A stretch of 64,000 nt of DNA from Cercozoa sp. M6MM (taxonomy: Eukaryota > Protista > Endomyxa: Ascetosporea). The notes below the pieces were generated by a model, which had not been told where the DNA came from, did not search any database, and worked only from the letters and a program-made list of their open reading frames with translations. The stretch lies in NCBI GenBank assembly GCA_040357565.1, contig JBDODJ010000010.1; one strand, 5' to 3'. Of the stretch, positions 23,991-37,800 are shown piece by piece. How positions within the stretch are numbered: the stretch's first letter is position 1; each line of letters opens with the position of its first letter. Position numbers and translations under genes: made by a program.

Positions 23991-26553
23991 GGTTAATGGC
24001 GGATCTGTTTCCTGCAGAAACCGAGCCAAAACTGTTAGATACGCACCAACATTAGTCCAAGACACTCTCTGAACACAATTTAAAGCGGCACCGTCGACGT
24101 TAGAGAGGTTTATTTTCCAGTTTTTTCAGACTTGATAATTCTCAACATGGGAATTTATCAAGTAAAATTCCGACTCGAAATATCGTTTTTTTTCTTTTTT
24201 GCGAAGTTTTTGTATGAATTCTCATATAGCGAACACATTTAACCACTAACACGTGCGTTAAAATAATCGTCATCCTCCATGCGCATCGCAGCATCATCTA
24301 GGCGACGCTGCACCAGCCCCTGTCGTGCGACTTGGCGTGAAGGTCGATGAAGACACGGGCTTTCATCGCCATCACTCGAGTCAGTGCAAGAAGTTTCATC
24401 ACCAAACTCGTTGGTCTCGTCCTCATGTGACACGTCACTCAACAGAGCTGCTTCATCTTCAGGGCCTTCGACGGCTCGCGCCAAGCTTCGCTCGACTTGT
24501 TCTTGAAGATTGCTCGTCGGTTCGGCCTACCAGTGCACGATAGATGAAACAACAGTATCCTTGAAATACAGCAAATTACAGTGTCACTGTTGTTTCTGGA
24601 GCGTTCAAGCTTTGCTTGTTGAATGCGATCCTCGTAGTACAGCATCCACTCTTTGTCACTGTCGGTGTAGTTCTCATTGATGTCTTCACCTCCATACTCC
24701 ACCATCGCGTCCAGCAAGCGAGACCAGCGCTGCTTTGCTTCCATTTTGATGCAGTTCATGAACCTACCAGAAGCGGAAACACGTTTTTTGAACAGGCTCT
24801 ACATTTCATGATGGTACAGTAACTTAAACTTACCATTGGAGTGCCTTGATTGCCAAGCAAACATCAGAAGGCGTGCGGGCGGACTGTAGTGCGTTCATCC
24901 GTCTTGAGTATCGCTTGCCGACGCTGTGCATACCCTCAGCGCTGTTGATGTGCACCAGTTGGCCATCCGCGGCAGTTCGCGAAAATGTGCTGCCATAAAT
25001 CGAACCCCCAGATAAATTTACAACAGCAAGATGTTGTTGACCTAGTAGAATATGCTGTACCTGATTGAGGAGTGGTTGCACTGGTAATGCTGCATGCCAA
25101 CAAGAGACGTCGACTCGGAGTAGGCTCGCCATTTGTCGGTCTAGCAAACAAACTACAACTTACAACACAAATCGGTGTTTAATCGATACCTGTATGATGG
25201 TTTTGGGTTCAATGTGCTGGCGCACATGCCGTCCAATCGTGTCACTGTCGCGCTTTGGCACAAGCGTCCAGCGAACTTCTTCGACCTCGCGTTTTTTCGT
25301 CCCGTTGTCGCGCGTCGTCTGTGCAACAACATGACATCGCGTATATGCAAACGCGGAAAAGACTGGGCCATGTGCGTACCTCCGACACTTCCGCGAAAGT
25401 GAGTACCCACATTGTTCCAGCCAGGCGACCACGGTGACCGATGTGAAACTTTGGCTGCCCCACACCCATCTCATCAACCTAAATGTAAAGTAATACCTGG
25501 TTACGCATGTAAGTACTGAATGAAAGCTAAAGTGTGGTATCCTATACCTCGGTGAGACCACTCATTTTCTTTTGCTTCTCGCGTGCCACTTCTGCCATGT
25601 ACATCACTTGAAACACGTGCTTCTTGACGCTGCGAATGAAGTCTTTGCCGAGCCCAGTTTCGTCTTGAATTTCACTCACACGGCGCTTTCGGCAGACGCA
25701 CTGGACAACTCGGAGTACTTCGTGGAGTTGCTTGCGGTGGGGAGCGAAGAAGTTCGGAATGCCACAATCACGCAGCTGCTTTTCTCTATCGCAGACATGC
25801 ATACTATTCGACGACAATGTCAAGGCAAATGCATTAAATACCGTTTGCACTTGTCACAAACAAAAGCAACACGAAAGACAGCACTTTGGGGCAGCAACAC
25901 TGTCGACATCGACTCAGCAAATTGTTGCTTTTTCTTCAAAAACTTCTTGAACGTCGTGAGTTTTCCAAGCGCCACAAAGTCTTGCAGTGACGGATGGAAC
26001 CAGCGTGTTCCGAGCTTGGTACTGGAAGAACTCGCGCTGTGATGAGCATGTGCTCTCCCTGCACTCTCTAAACAAGCATCAAAGAGCACATTTTAAATAC
26101 GCGAGTAAGCTAAACACACAGCCCCAAGCACAAGCAAGAACAATACACACCAACACCCATACACGCGTTTGTCAATTACCATTCAACAGCTTCACTCGCA
26201 CTCGCATGTTGTTTTTCGAGTGACCGCGGCAGCAGGTGGGCCACCGTCCTGCATTTGGACCGAAAAAACGCTCTAACACGAAAGGAAATAACGACCCATC
26301 GTTCGGAAAGGCTCTGTCGAACGTAAAACGGTCGAAAAAGTCGTCCAACTGCTGTAAACAACGCGTAGACATGACAAAAAAGGGTACTTTCTCAGGCAAA
26401 AAAACTGAAAAATCGCAAGATAAAACAGAAAAATGCTCAGGCCTACATTCTGAGCCCGTCTTAAAAGTACTAGAATGAGTTAAATTCTTAACAGGCAACA
26501 TGTTAGACACACTAAACGGTCAATCTGTGCAGGAAACAGATCCGACAATATCC
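23991..26553 (-). mobile_element. Complete Merlin (IS1595/ISXO2-like) DNA transposon
   Basis: ~28-bp imperfect TIRs ggttaatggcggatctgtttcctgcaga / revcomp ggatattgtcggatctgtttcctgcaca; 9-bp TSD gttcagtct at 23982-23990 and 26554-26562; internal transposase. Confidence 0.92.
24239..26372 (-). CDS. Merlin/ISXO2-like DDE transposase, 8 introns
   Basis: FDRAFPND..WPTCC, CDKCKR, TEVDEMGVGQPKFHIGHRG..WVL, VPKRDSDTI..HIEPKTIIQTDKWRAY, HYQCNHS, VHINSAEGMHS; all junctions GT-AG and in frame. Confidence 0.88.
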
Positions 26554-27988
26554 GTTCAGTCTACTAAGAAACCAACTATGTAAACTTAGTTTCCAGTCCT
26601 TAGAGGTAAGATTTCAAGTAAGTTTCATGTAACCGAAACCTCAGCGTCACGGGGCATAGTGCCGGGAACGGAACAACTCGTGCCATCTACGCTCGCAATT
26701 AGCGTCATGCCTTGCGTCGAAGGCGTTTCTTGTCGATGCCGACGAGAAGAGACGTCGGCTTTTGTTTGATCTATGGTGCGTTACTGGCATGGAACGACAG
26801 ACCTTACTTATCTGGTGGCTTAAATGCCTTTCAGCTCGCCACATTTCTGACCAGCTGTAATTAATAAAGTGTTACTGCAAACTTTCAGTAGTCATTGCTC
26901 TGACCCGTCCGCATGGAGGTCATAATCCACGTCTCAACCAAGTTTGAGAATGGAGAGAAGTTGTAAGAGTGTTTTGGCTTGGTACCTAACTACTGACTCA
27001 GTGCATTGCTGTTGCTGTAGATATTGCCTGGACAGAGTCCTTGCAGAGAAGCAGAAAGCTCCGTCACGGCTTCGGGCTGGTCAGTGAGCTCATTCCACTC
27101 ACTTCGTCGTGTGCTTACATGTGGAGTTTTTCTTGAACGCATTGTTACAACCAAGGACGTCTTCCTCCGGTCGAAATCCAGTGGGATCACCTCGAGACCC
27201 AGTAGGGGTATTTCACCTTCAGTTCTAACGTTGTTGACTGAGTGACGACTTATCTAGCTGAATGATTTATTTAATCTCTCCTTTCCATTACTGATTGGGC
27301 CATTGAGCCGCAGTATCAAAAGTGTTGTTGTGAGATTGTCAATTTTAGTGAAGAAAACGACTAAAGAAAAGTAAGAATGTAAGGTCGTTTAATTTAGTGT
27401 TCGTTCGACGTCTCAATAAACCGAAAGATATCAGAAGAGAGGAGGTTTCCCCCAAGGTAGGGCCGTCGTCGAGAGTGTTGAGGTTTGTTCGAAGACAAAC
27501 AAAAAGAAAACACTCTTGCCAGCTCAAGATAGAGCAAGTCAGTTGCTTTGGTGTCAACTTGCACGGTACCCTTTGAGGTACCTGGTATCTTGTAAGAGGG
27601 CTGTTTCAATTCTTGCAGCAGTTTCGAGCTGCTCGCGTCGCCAGGCAACACTCAATTTTTAAGCAGACTCTCAACCTTAGCAAAACACTTCAATTCTTAT
27701 TTGGCACGACTGATAGGTGCTTCCACGCGGAGCAAGTAGTCACGTCAGCCGAGTAGGTTATTTGATGTTGACAGTAGCAAAAGTGCAAATTATGGCAAAA
27801 AGTGGCAATTTGGCAGCAGCGTAGCGACAAATCGATTTATCAACACCGACTACCAGTCGAATGCCGTGCACTCGACAACCCGACTTGAAGTCAGTAAAAT
27901 TTGCATTTGTCACACGGAAAGAAGTTATGACCATCGTGCTCCTGTTGACAAACACACTATCAAACTAGTTGGTGGCACAGTACGTGCA

Positions 27989-30900
27989 TCAGGCGGCAAT
28001 TCGCAAGCTGAGAGGAAGAGGCACTCTACCAGTGGAACATGACTTGATGTCGTCAGTAGAGCCGCGTAGTTCCTGCAGAGTCGCCTGGAAAAAGCGGTAC
28101 GCCGTCATCTCTGAACCCTACACGCAGGACACAAGTGTATCGGTAGCAAAAAAGAAGAAAGAGAGCTACACACACGAGACGGCAGAACAGGTTCGCCGCA
28201 GGCGCGCGCCATACATTCGCCTCGTTACACATGGACAGCACTCTGTGCGTAGATCACCTTTTTAAACAGGAAGTAACATAGTAACAAGAAAATATACGTT
28301 TGTCGCGGAGAGTCTGGCGCCGAAGGCGCGTGCAACGCGCGCACACTGAGACGGAGCGTCGTCTTGCTCGCTACAACATATAACATCCTGCGATGAGTTT
28401 GCCAAACATAGATTCAGAATGTACCATCGTGGAAGGAGACCTGCAGCTCGCCGGCTTCGGTATTTTCAATGCTGAGCGAACTTTGTCGCATCAAAAGATC
28501 GCGTACTCGTCGTCGTACATCCCAGGCTTCTGTATGAAAAGACAAATTTCCACAATCAGAGAATATAGCAAATATACCAGAGCCACTGATCTCAGCACTC
28601 CAGCAATGTCCTTCTTCGCGCTGGCAACGTATTTGAATCTCCGGCTGACCGGTCTGCATCAGGGAATTTACAGAAGCGAAGAATGCAGGAAGATAGGAGG
28701 AGAAACAAAGGCGTAGAGAGAAGGAGGTAGGACCTGCGAGTGCTCATCGTCACGCATATCGTCGAGGGAAAACCCGTCCAGCGCAGAAGCCGGTGTGCCA
28801 ACACTGCCGCCACTGACACTGTTGCAACCATGCTCACTATCGCCCGAGCGGCGCCTACGATTGTGCCCACGCGGACTCAGTTCCTGTGACTCCCTCCACG
28901 ATCTGTTCACGTCGACAAATTGCGGCAGGGACATCATCGACGGACCATGCGGAGGCGTGGCAGTCACCTGCAGCAAATGAGTGTCAGCACTCTGTACAAC
29001 CCTGTAAAATACAAGGCATATACCTCAAATCGCTCGGCAAGCCGACGCGAGCGGGTTTCCGCCGGCACTTCCGGCAAGTGCGCTATCGCGCTGTGTACGG
29101 GTGTGGCCAACAGTATTTGCACTGCACTCAGCACGGCCACAGAGGTAACAGAACGCAAAGGAGTCGCAGTAGAAAAGTTACAGGAACGGTCGGATTGCGG
29201 AGCGATGGGAACAGGACGTGAGTGCTGCCGCACCTCGTCCTCGCTGTCGCAGACGTCGAGCATGTCCGTGCACACAGAGTCTACGACATTGACCTCGTTG
29301 GTGCGACTGCCGGGTGTATGCATTGCGTCTGTATGCCGCTTGGAAGCGGTGACCCGCGTGTCGACTGCGCGCGGTTGCTGCGCGAGTGCTCGAGACAGTG
29401 CGCTTTGTCGCTGCTGTATCTGCAGTTTTTGTTGGTACATTCCCTGCAGCAGGGCCGCCATCTGTGCGTGGCGCGTCTCTTGCCAGGCACGCGTGCACTG
29501 CGGCAGCAGCTCCTTCACAAGGTCTGTAGGCCAAGGAGTAAAGGAGGGCATATGTATATATACATAAAATATAAATGCTAGGGTGGGGTATACCAGCTCT
29601 CGAAGGGACAGCGCCTTGCATCCATGGGTGCTTGAGAATGCCGGCCACAGTGAGTCGCTTGTGCGGCTCGGGCGACAGCAGCCGCTGCAGCAGATCACGC
29701 GCCTCCGACGAGATCTCCTTCGGATATACGCCGTTTTGCAGATTGACATAGTGCCGACACCGTCGCAGCGACCGGTTGATCGACTTGTAGAGCGGCCGGC
29801 GGAAGGGCGGCTTGCCCGTCAGCATGATGTACAACACGACAGCGCAGCTCCACAAGTCCGCCGGCTCGCCTCGGTAACCTCGGCTGTCGAACAGCTCCTT
29901 GTTGTACGATACTTCTGCGGAGCAGCAAAGATAACAAGGGAGACAAAGGAGTGACAAAAGTGGTACCAGGCGCCGTGTACGGTTGCGAGCCAATGGCCGA
30001 GTGCAGCACGAGGTCAGACAGCACGAGGTGCGGAGCCGACGAGGCGATGGTCGACCTGGGGTGGCTGGGCGAAACAGTGGAGCCCTCGCGAGAGCGTTTG
30101 TTGCCTGCTGCGTTTGGAAGCGATGACGAGGATGAGGAAGAGGAAGATGAGGCCGACAGTGAAGTTCCTGGTGAGCGCGGCACAGCGTCGACGGCGAGGT
30201 TGGCGGCCAGGCCAAAGTCAACGATCTTGAGGTCAAAGTTGCGCGATATCACGAGATTCTCCGGCTTGATGTCGCGGTGAATGAAACCCCGCGCGTGCAG
30301 AAACGACACGCCATCAATCAGTTGGTGGAAGAACAGACGCGCCAAAGGCTCACTAAGCGGACCTGTGTGCATCAGCAAACCGAACAGTTCCCCGCCCAGC
30401 GCGAGTTCCTGCACCACGAGTGTCACATCGCGCGTGTCTTGCATGCCTGGACAACGCACAAAGCAAACAGCATGGTCTAGCCGCAGAAAAACTAAAGGAT
30501 AAAACCATGGTGCAAAGAGTCATGGGGAGCGCAGTGAGCACACTGATCGTCGGGTCCGAGCGGCACAAACTCGCTGCACCCACACGCGGTACACCAGGTA
30601 CCCGTGAGCTTCGCACTATCGATGATTTCGTGCACACTGATGATGTGCGGGTGCGACGATGCTGCGCGAAGCACTTCAATTTCGCGCGCCATACGCCGTC
30701 GCAACCGCTCGTCGCGGAAACGCGAGCGATCCATGATCTTGATCGCGAACGCTTTTTCCGTCTCACGATGCAGCGCGTATCTCACTTCGCCAAACGCACC
30801 AGAGCCGATGACCTGTGAGAACACGAATGAAGTTATCTTCGAAAATAAAAATCATAAGATATCCCGCAGCTGTACCTGGCCAAGTTCGTAGCTGCCAATG

Positions 30901-31025
30901 ACGCGTCCTGTCACAAGCTGCGGCTCGTGCTGCTGCTGAAAGGCGTCACAGGCATCCTCGAATGATTTGCTTGACGTAAGATCGTCATGCCCTTCACGTT
31001 CGTTGTGATTGTGCTCCTCTTCCAT
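27989..31025 (-). CDS. CAMK-group (AMPK/CIPK-like) Ser/Thr kinase with a Cys/His insert and possible KA1-like C-terminus
   Basis: IGSGAFGEV, AIKIM, GGELF, HRDIKPEN, DFG, GSQPYTAPE, ADLWSCAVVLYIMLTGKPPF, ILKHPW. Confidence 0.88.
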
Positions 31026-31556
31026 GAGACCGAAGGACCACATTCCTTTCTGCGCAAGCGCTCGATGCCGCTTGCCTGAGTCAGATAAACTACACCCGGC
31101 AAGTGCTGTGTTTTGTTCAGTCAAAATGCGACCCACCGATGGTTGAAAGTATAAGAGACGCAGTGCCTCGCACGTACGAAGCGTTCGAGTCCCGCAGACG
31201 TGAAACAGACACACGGCGCGCTTGATCACGATGGGGAAACGCTTCGACGAATTTCGACACAAACAAGAGCGAATTCGCACGGAAAGCGTCACCAATGGCC
31301 TCCCTCCGCTAAATTCGTGACGTTTAACGACTTCTTGCGGCTCGAAGCTTCCGAATTGATGCAGAGATTTTTTAAACTTTTTGAAGCGTTTTTGGATCAA
31401 CATCACCCTGATTAGTATTTAATTTTTTCTTCGGTGCATGCTGTCGCTTAGTACGGTTGAGTTAAAACAAAAGAACAATCGAATCTGCCCACGCATCCGC
31501 GCCGAATCTCAGCTTCGCTTCAGTGAGCAGCATGCTATTCGAGCTACAGTGAGCTG

Positions 31557-32246
31557 CTACTCGAGCTGCTCCAGTTCGCGCATGCGATTCAGAATTGTGG
31601 TTTTGTTGGTTTCCTCGAGCTCGCCGTTAAGTAGGTACTCGTCGAGGATTTGGTAGACGACGTGGAAGTGGTGAATCAAGTCAAGCTCGCGCACGGAGCC
31701 AAAGTAGCGATCCAGAAGTTCGACGAACAGGTGGATGGCTGTCATACTAGGGCATACAATGCAAGTCGCTGAGACTCAAACGAAGGAACGCACCTTCCAA
31801 GAGCGCGAGCTCGTTGTCGGCAGTATCGGCACAAAAGGAGAAGAAAAGGCCACAGTAGCGACGGTAGATCACACGATAGCCTTCGTAATCAACGAAGTTC
31901 GTGTGCCGCGAGTCACGCTTCGTCACCAGTCGAAGTCTGTTTGATACAGCATGCAAATTTGTCGCTGACAAATTAAAGCGCGTACATTTGCTCTTCGACC
32001 TTTCGCTTTTCTTCGCCGCCTGTGAGTGTAAAAAGGCACGATGTGGCCAGTCGCACAATAAGACAGTCGCACAATAAGATAGGGCGAAAACTTACTGTAG
32101 TTGACGTAATACTTGGACAAACGTGTCCTTCCTTGGCGATTTTGCACCAAGAAAAACTTAATCTACACAGATTTTAAGACAAACATGAGGACAACGTAGA
32201 AAACCAGCAAAAAAATTGCACAATGCAAACAAGCTCGAGTCACCAT
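31557..32246 (-). CDS. AP2S1: AP-2 adaptor complex sigma subunit
   Basis: MIKFFLVQNRQGRTRLSKYY, RDSRHTNFV, VIYRRYCGLFFS, DNELALLEAIHLFVELLD, ILDEYLLNGELEET; first coding exon is ATG only. Confidence 0.82.
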
Positions 32247-32609
32247 TTCCAGCTTCACGACACCAGACAGCGCTTTTTGTCACAAGGCCAAGGTGCTCAA
32301 CCACACACGCTTCTCTCCACTTCCTGTTAGTTACTGTACTTTACAGGTGTAGTTGAGGTTGGCAAAGACTGTTTTGGCATTTTCTTTAATATTTAACCCA
32401 GGCCGATCGGGCATTTTAATTATTTCGGTCCTTCTGCATCCTGTACAGGCCAGTTCACTGCATCCTGGTAGAGAGAGCATTATTGTCTGCAAAGTAGAAG
32501 TCCTGAAATTGCAACACGCCAGGTGGATACTTCTGCCATTTTTCCTTGGCTTTTGGTGCCTTTTAAGTGCTGGATTACTGGCTTGCTGTACCCACAGAAG
32601 TACCAAGCC

Positions 32610-34095
<1,486 letters not shown>

Positions 34096-34125
34096 CCGCG
34101 ACGCGATACGATCGATCGCGTAGTT

Positions 34126-34211
34126 AGTTAGTTCAGTCTACAAAGAAACCAACGCAACTGTGTAGTTCTCTGTACCAGTCCTGGCGGTGGGTCACGAGCG
34201 CATGGCCGTAG
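34126..34211 (+). repeat. Uninterrupted copy of the small dispersed repeat
   Basis: First 28 nt match the Merlin empty site at 27/28; last ~50 nt match 5598-5651 (minus strand). Confidence 0.8.
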
Positions 34212-34850
34212 ACATTGATAATATTGCCGTTGCCGCTGCTGTGTCTGCCAAGCTCGGGTTTACTTGACCCATCCGTATTCAACTTCCGTTTCCTTCAAGC
34301 TACCATCAGTGGCATAGATCTGTTGTATACCTGGCTTGTTTGATATCTCTCGGATCAGTTGGGACTTGTTCCTGTGTTGCGTGTAAGTTTAGACCATGTT
34401 GGACGTTCCCCGGGTCTGTTGGTTGTTTGGACTCTGCTTCCCAGTACCTTATTTATTCTTTGGGCATGTTTCGAGCTGTCAGCAATTTTGTATTTCTTTG
34501 CTGATTGTTTCCAAACAGAGATAGGTGCTGGAAGACATTTTCGCGTGACGATTGACTAGTTCTGCCTCCTTGGCCAGCGTATCGCTCCATTCTCGGCGCT
34601 TGTTGAACTTCACAACTGAGTACAGTAGCGGCTAGTCTTAAAACAACTTTTGAGAGCATATTTTAGCTCCGCAGGATTCTAATCTTGCCTCGAAACCCCG
34701 TTGTACACCGATTTACAAGTCAATTTTAACGGCTTGGCTTTTGAAACATTCCAGCATACCCATAATAAGGTCGGACCTGAGATGTCAACGCAAGACGGTG
34801 ATGCATTCAGATAAAATCGGCCCGATCGGCAGCTTGAATGGCGACGACCT

Positions 34851-37800
34851 TTAACAATCACCCATGCGCTCGAATGTTATCGGTTGATCCGCATACACCC
34901 TAAACAATTTCAGTGCAACACCTGGGTCTATGGTGTGTAAAGAACATAGAGCCCTTGGTCCAGAGTAAGGTACTTGAGAGTAAAACTTCGGCACTTGCGA
35001 GGGTGAAATGTTGAACACATCACAGTAAGGACGTCTCCACACTGGAAGGCATTGTCAAAGAATGAAAGTAGTTGGGGATCCAGTACAGCGGGTTGGTTTA
35101 CCTCATCCACTTTCAACGTCGTTTCCAGAACAACGTCCCTCGAGTAGGTGTAACTTCCCTCGTTTGCCTGAAGCAGTTTTTTGCCGCTCTAAATACCCGC
35201 ACATTTTCACTCAAATTGAAGGGACAATAATAGCTTCGATTTAAACAGATTTGACTTTGCGATCGACTCGTTCGTTTTCGGCAAAGTCTTTGTAAATCTC
35301 AAGGCCAATCGCTTCAACCCTTCGTTGACCTTGTTTGAGTTGTGCACCTCGCCAGTCAGCTTGCGAGAGATGGAAAGCGATGCGAGTTTCCTACGCACAG
35401 TGAGTTCTTTATAAGCTCATTTATAGCAGTTTAAGAGATTTGTACAGGAGCGACAAGTCGAAGACGGTAATGCGGATTTTGTGATACAGTGCCATAATTC
35501 GTGCAGCCTCCCGCGGTTGCACTGGTCACGAGAAACAAAATGTCGATGTATTACTTCTTTGAGGAGTTAAAACTAAGAAACAGATAATTACGAGGTCCAT
35601 TCGCTGTCGATTCGCATGCGTACTGGCCAATCGCTTCCACCAAGCAAACGGCACACGTACACCTAAAAAATACAGTACAGCAGGACATCTGTAGTGCCAA
35701 CTAAAACTCAATGACGAAACAGTGAGTGTCATAAAAGGAACTGGTAGCTAGTCAATTTACCTGCCTAAAGTTGTCTATGAAGTCGGATAACTGAATCCAG
35801 AACACGCCTACGTTTCAATGGTAGCATGAGTTTAAATTTTGTTAATATTTAGATAGAGGAGTCGGAGGGCAAGAGCGGACTGCTGTACCGTCATCACCGT
35901 TGAACTTGTTCCAGCCAAGCTTCTTTTTCATGCGCCGTGTCCAATTTGCGGTATCACCGTCGGACCTACCAGCACATTAAAACAGTTTTGACTTTAGCCT
36001 GAAAGCGATAGGCCTACCAGGTGCCTTTCCATTCGGTACGCGCCCATGGGTTCTTCAGTTGTATCAGTCTGTGTCCATCTACCTCTCGAACCTTTAAAGA
36101 AAACACAAAATCAACAAACAAAAACTAAAACAAAAAAAAAAACAAAAAAACAAAAAACAAAACAAAAATCGAGTAACAACTGACTTGAAGTCATCCAGAC
36201 CCTGTTTTGAGTTCTACCTGCAGGATGGCATAGGCATGTCCTTGCACAATTCCAAGAGCTGACGCGTTTTCCGGCGAGTCAGATCCCGAAGGACTGCCAG
36301 CACCCAAGAGATGACCAAGCTTGTGGTATTCAAGCATCGCGGCCCACACTTTGTCAGGTGAGTCGATGCCACCGTTTGAACCGGGCTTGTCGAGCTCTTT
36401 CAACTTGATTCGAGAAGGAATACCACCTACAGGTAAATCGAATTTTACATTTTACTGGATACGATAAACGTCTGCGACCAACTTGAAACTAAACAGCAGA
36501 CGACGGACCGGTCAAGTCTGCCAAAGCTTGATCGACCCAGCCACCTTCGATCGCTGCGTAGGACCCATACAACTACCGAACAATGGGATGTTATCATCAA
36601 ATCGTTTTTGATAAGACAGCTGAGGTGCTTTATCGGTGGTACCTTTGCCCAAGCTTTCTCCAGCAGACTCACCCAAATCTCACCGAGTTGCGTTGATCGA
36701 CCGAAACAGGGCCGCTTCCTGGAAGTAGCCAATAGGCAAAGGTATTATAGGCAGACTGAGAACGTGAAAAGTCAGGAAAAAGCAAAAGGACGGTGTAAAT
36801 TTAGGGGGCGAAATATATATGAGGCATAGGGAAGAGCAAAATGGATTCGCCCAAACCATTTATCGGTCGGAAACCTGTCGTCGACCTGGAAAAAGGCAAA
36901 ACACAAACGAAAGTAAACTCGAGAAGACGGCATAAAATGTAATCTATCTCGGTACCACGATGCAATGTGGTTCGTTGTCCTTGTACAAAATGACAGAGTA
37001 TACTCCGTGCTGCATACAAACTCACATACACACAACGTACACTCATAAACTATATACATTCATTCACACATGCTTTTCCTTTCACACATGCATACATGTA
37101 TACATACACATACACACACACACATACAAACATATACATACATACTACATACAGTAAAGACGTACAAACATACATACATACATACATACATACATACATA
37201 CATGCATACATACATACACATACATACATACATACATACATACATACATACATGCATACGCATACACATACACACATACAGTCACATACATACATACATA
37301 CATACATACATACATACATACATTCATACATACATACATACATACATAGCATACATACATACATACATACATACATACATACATACATACACACATACAC
37401 ACATACATATACTTACATTAAAGTATAGGCATACATACATACATAAATTTACATACACGAAGCATACATAAATACCTTTCGCTTCGTTTCTTCGTGGATT
37501 TTATTATCACAGTTAGGGAATAGCGCTTTTAACAGATCCGGACGTCTGTGTGACAGCACGGCGAGTCTGCAAAAAAGAAAATGAGTGTCTGCTTCGCACA
37601 TCCAGCATAAAAACCACAAATTTACGATGACAGCAGCCAGCAATCCCCGATGATGCCTGTTAAATGTTTGTAGTGTAGGCTTGTAGAGGTGTAAGGATGA
37701 ATAATCGATCATGATTGTGGAAAACCTTGCTTGATATCCAATGCGTCGACAGGCGGTGTGAATCTACCCGACCCCAAAGCAAGAAAAGTGTCAATCAAAA

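Noticed and set aside
26600-27700. Short ORFs right of Merlin as a second mobile element
   Set aside because: No TIRs, TSD or recognisable protein motifs found
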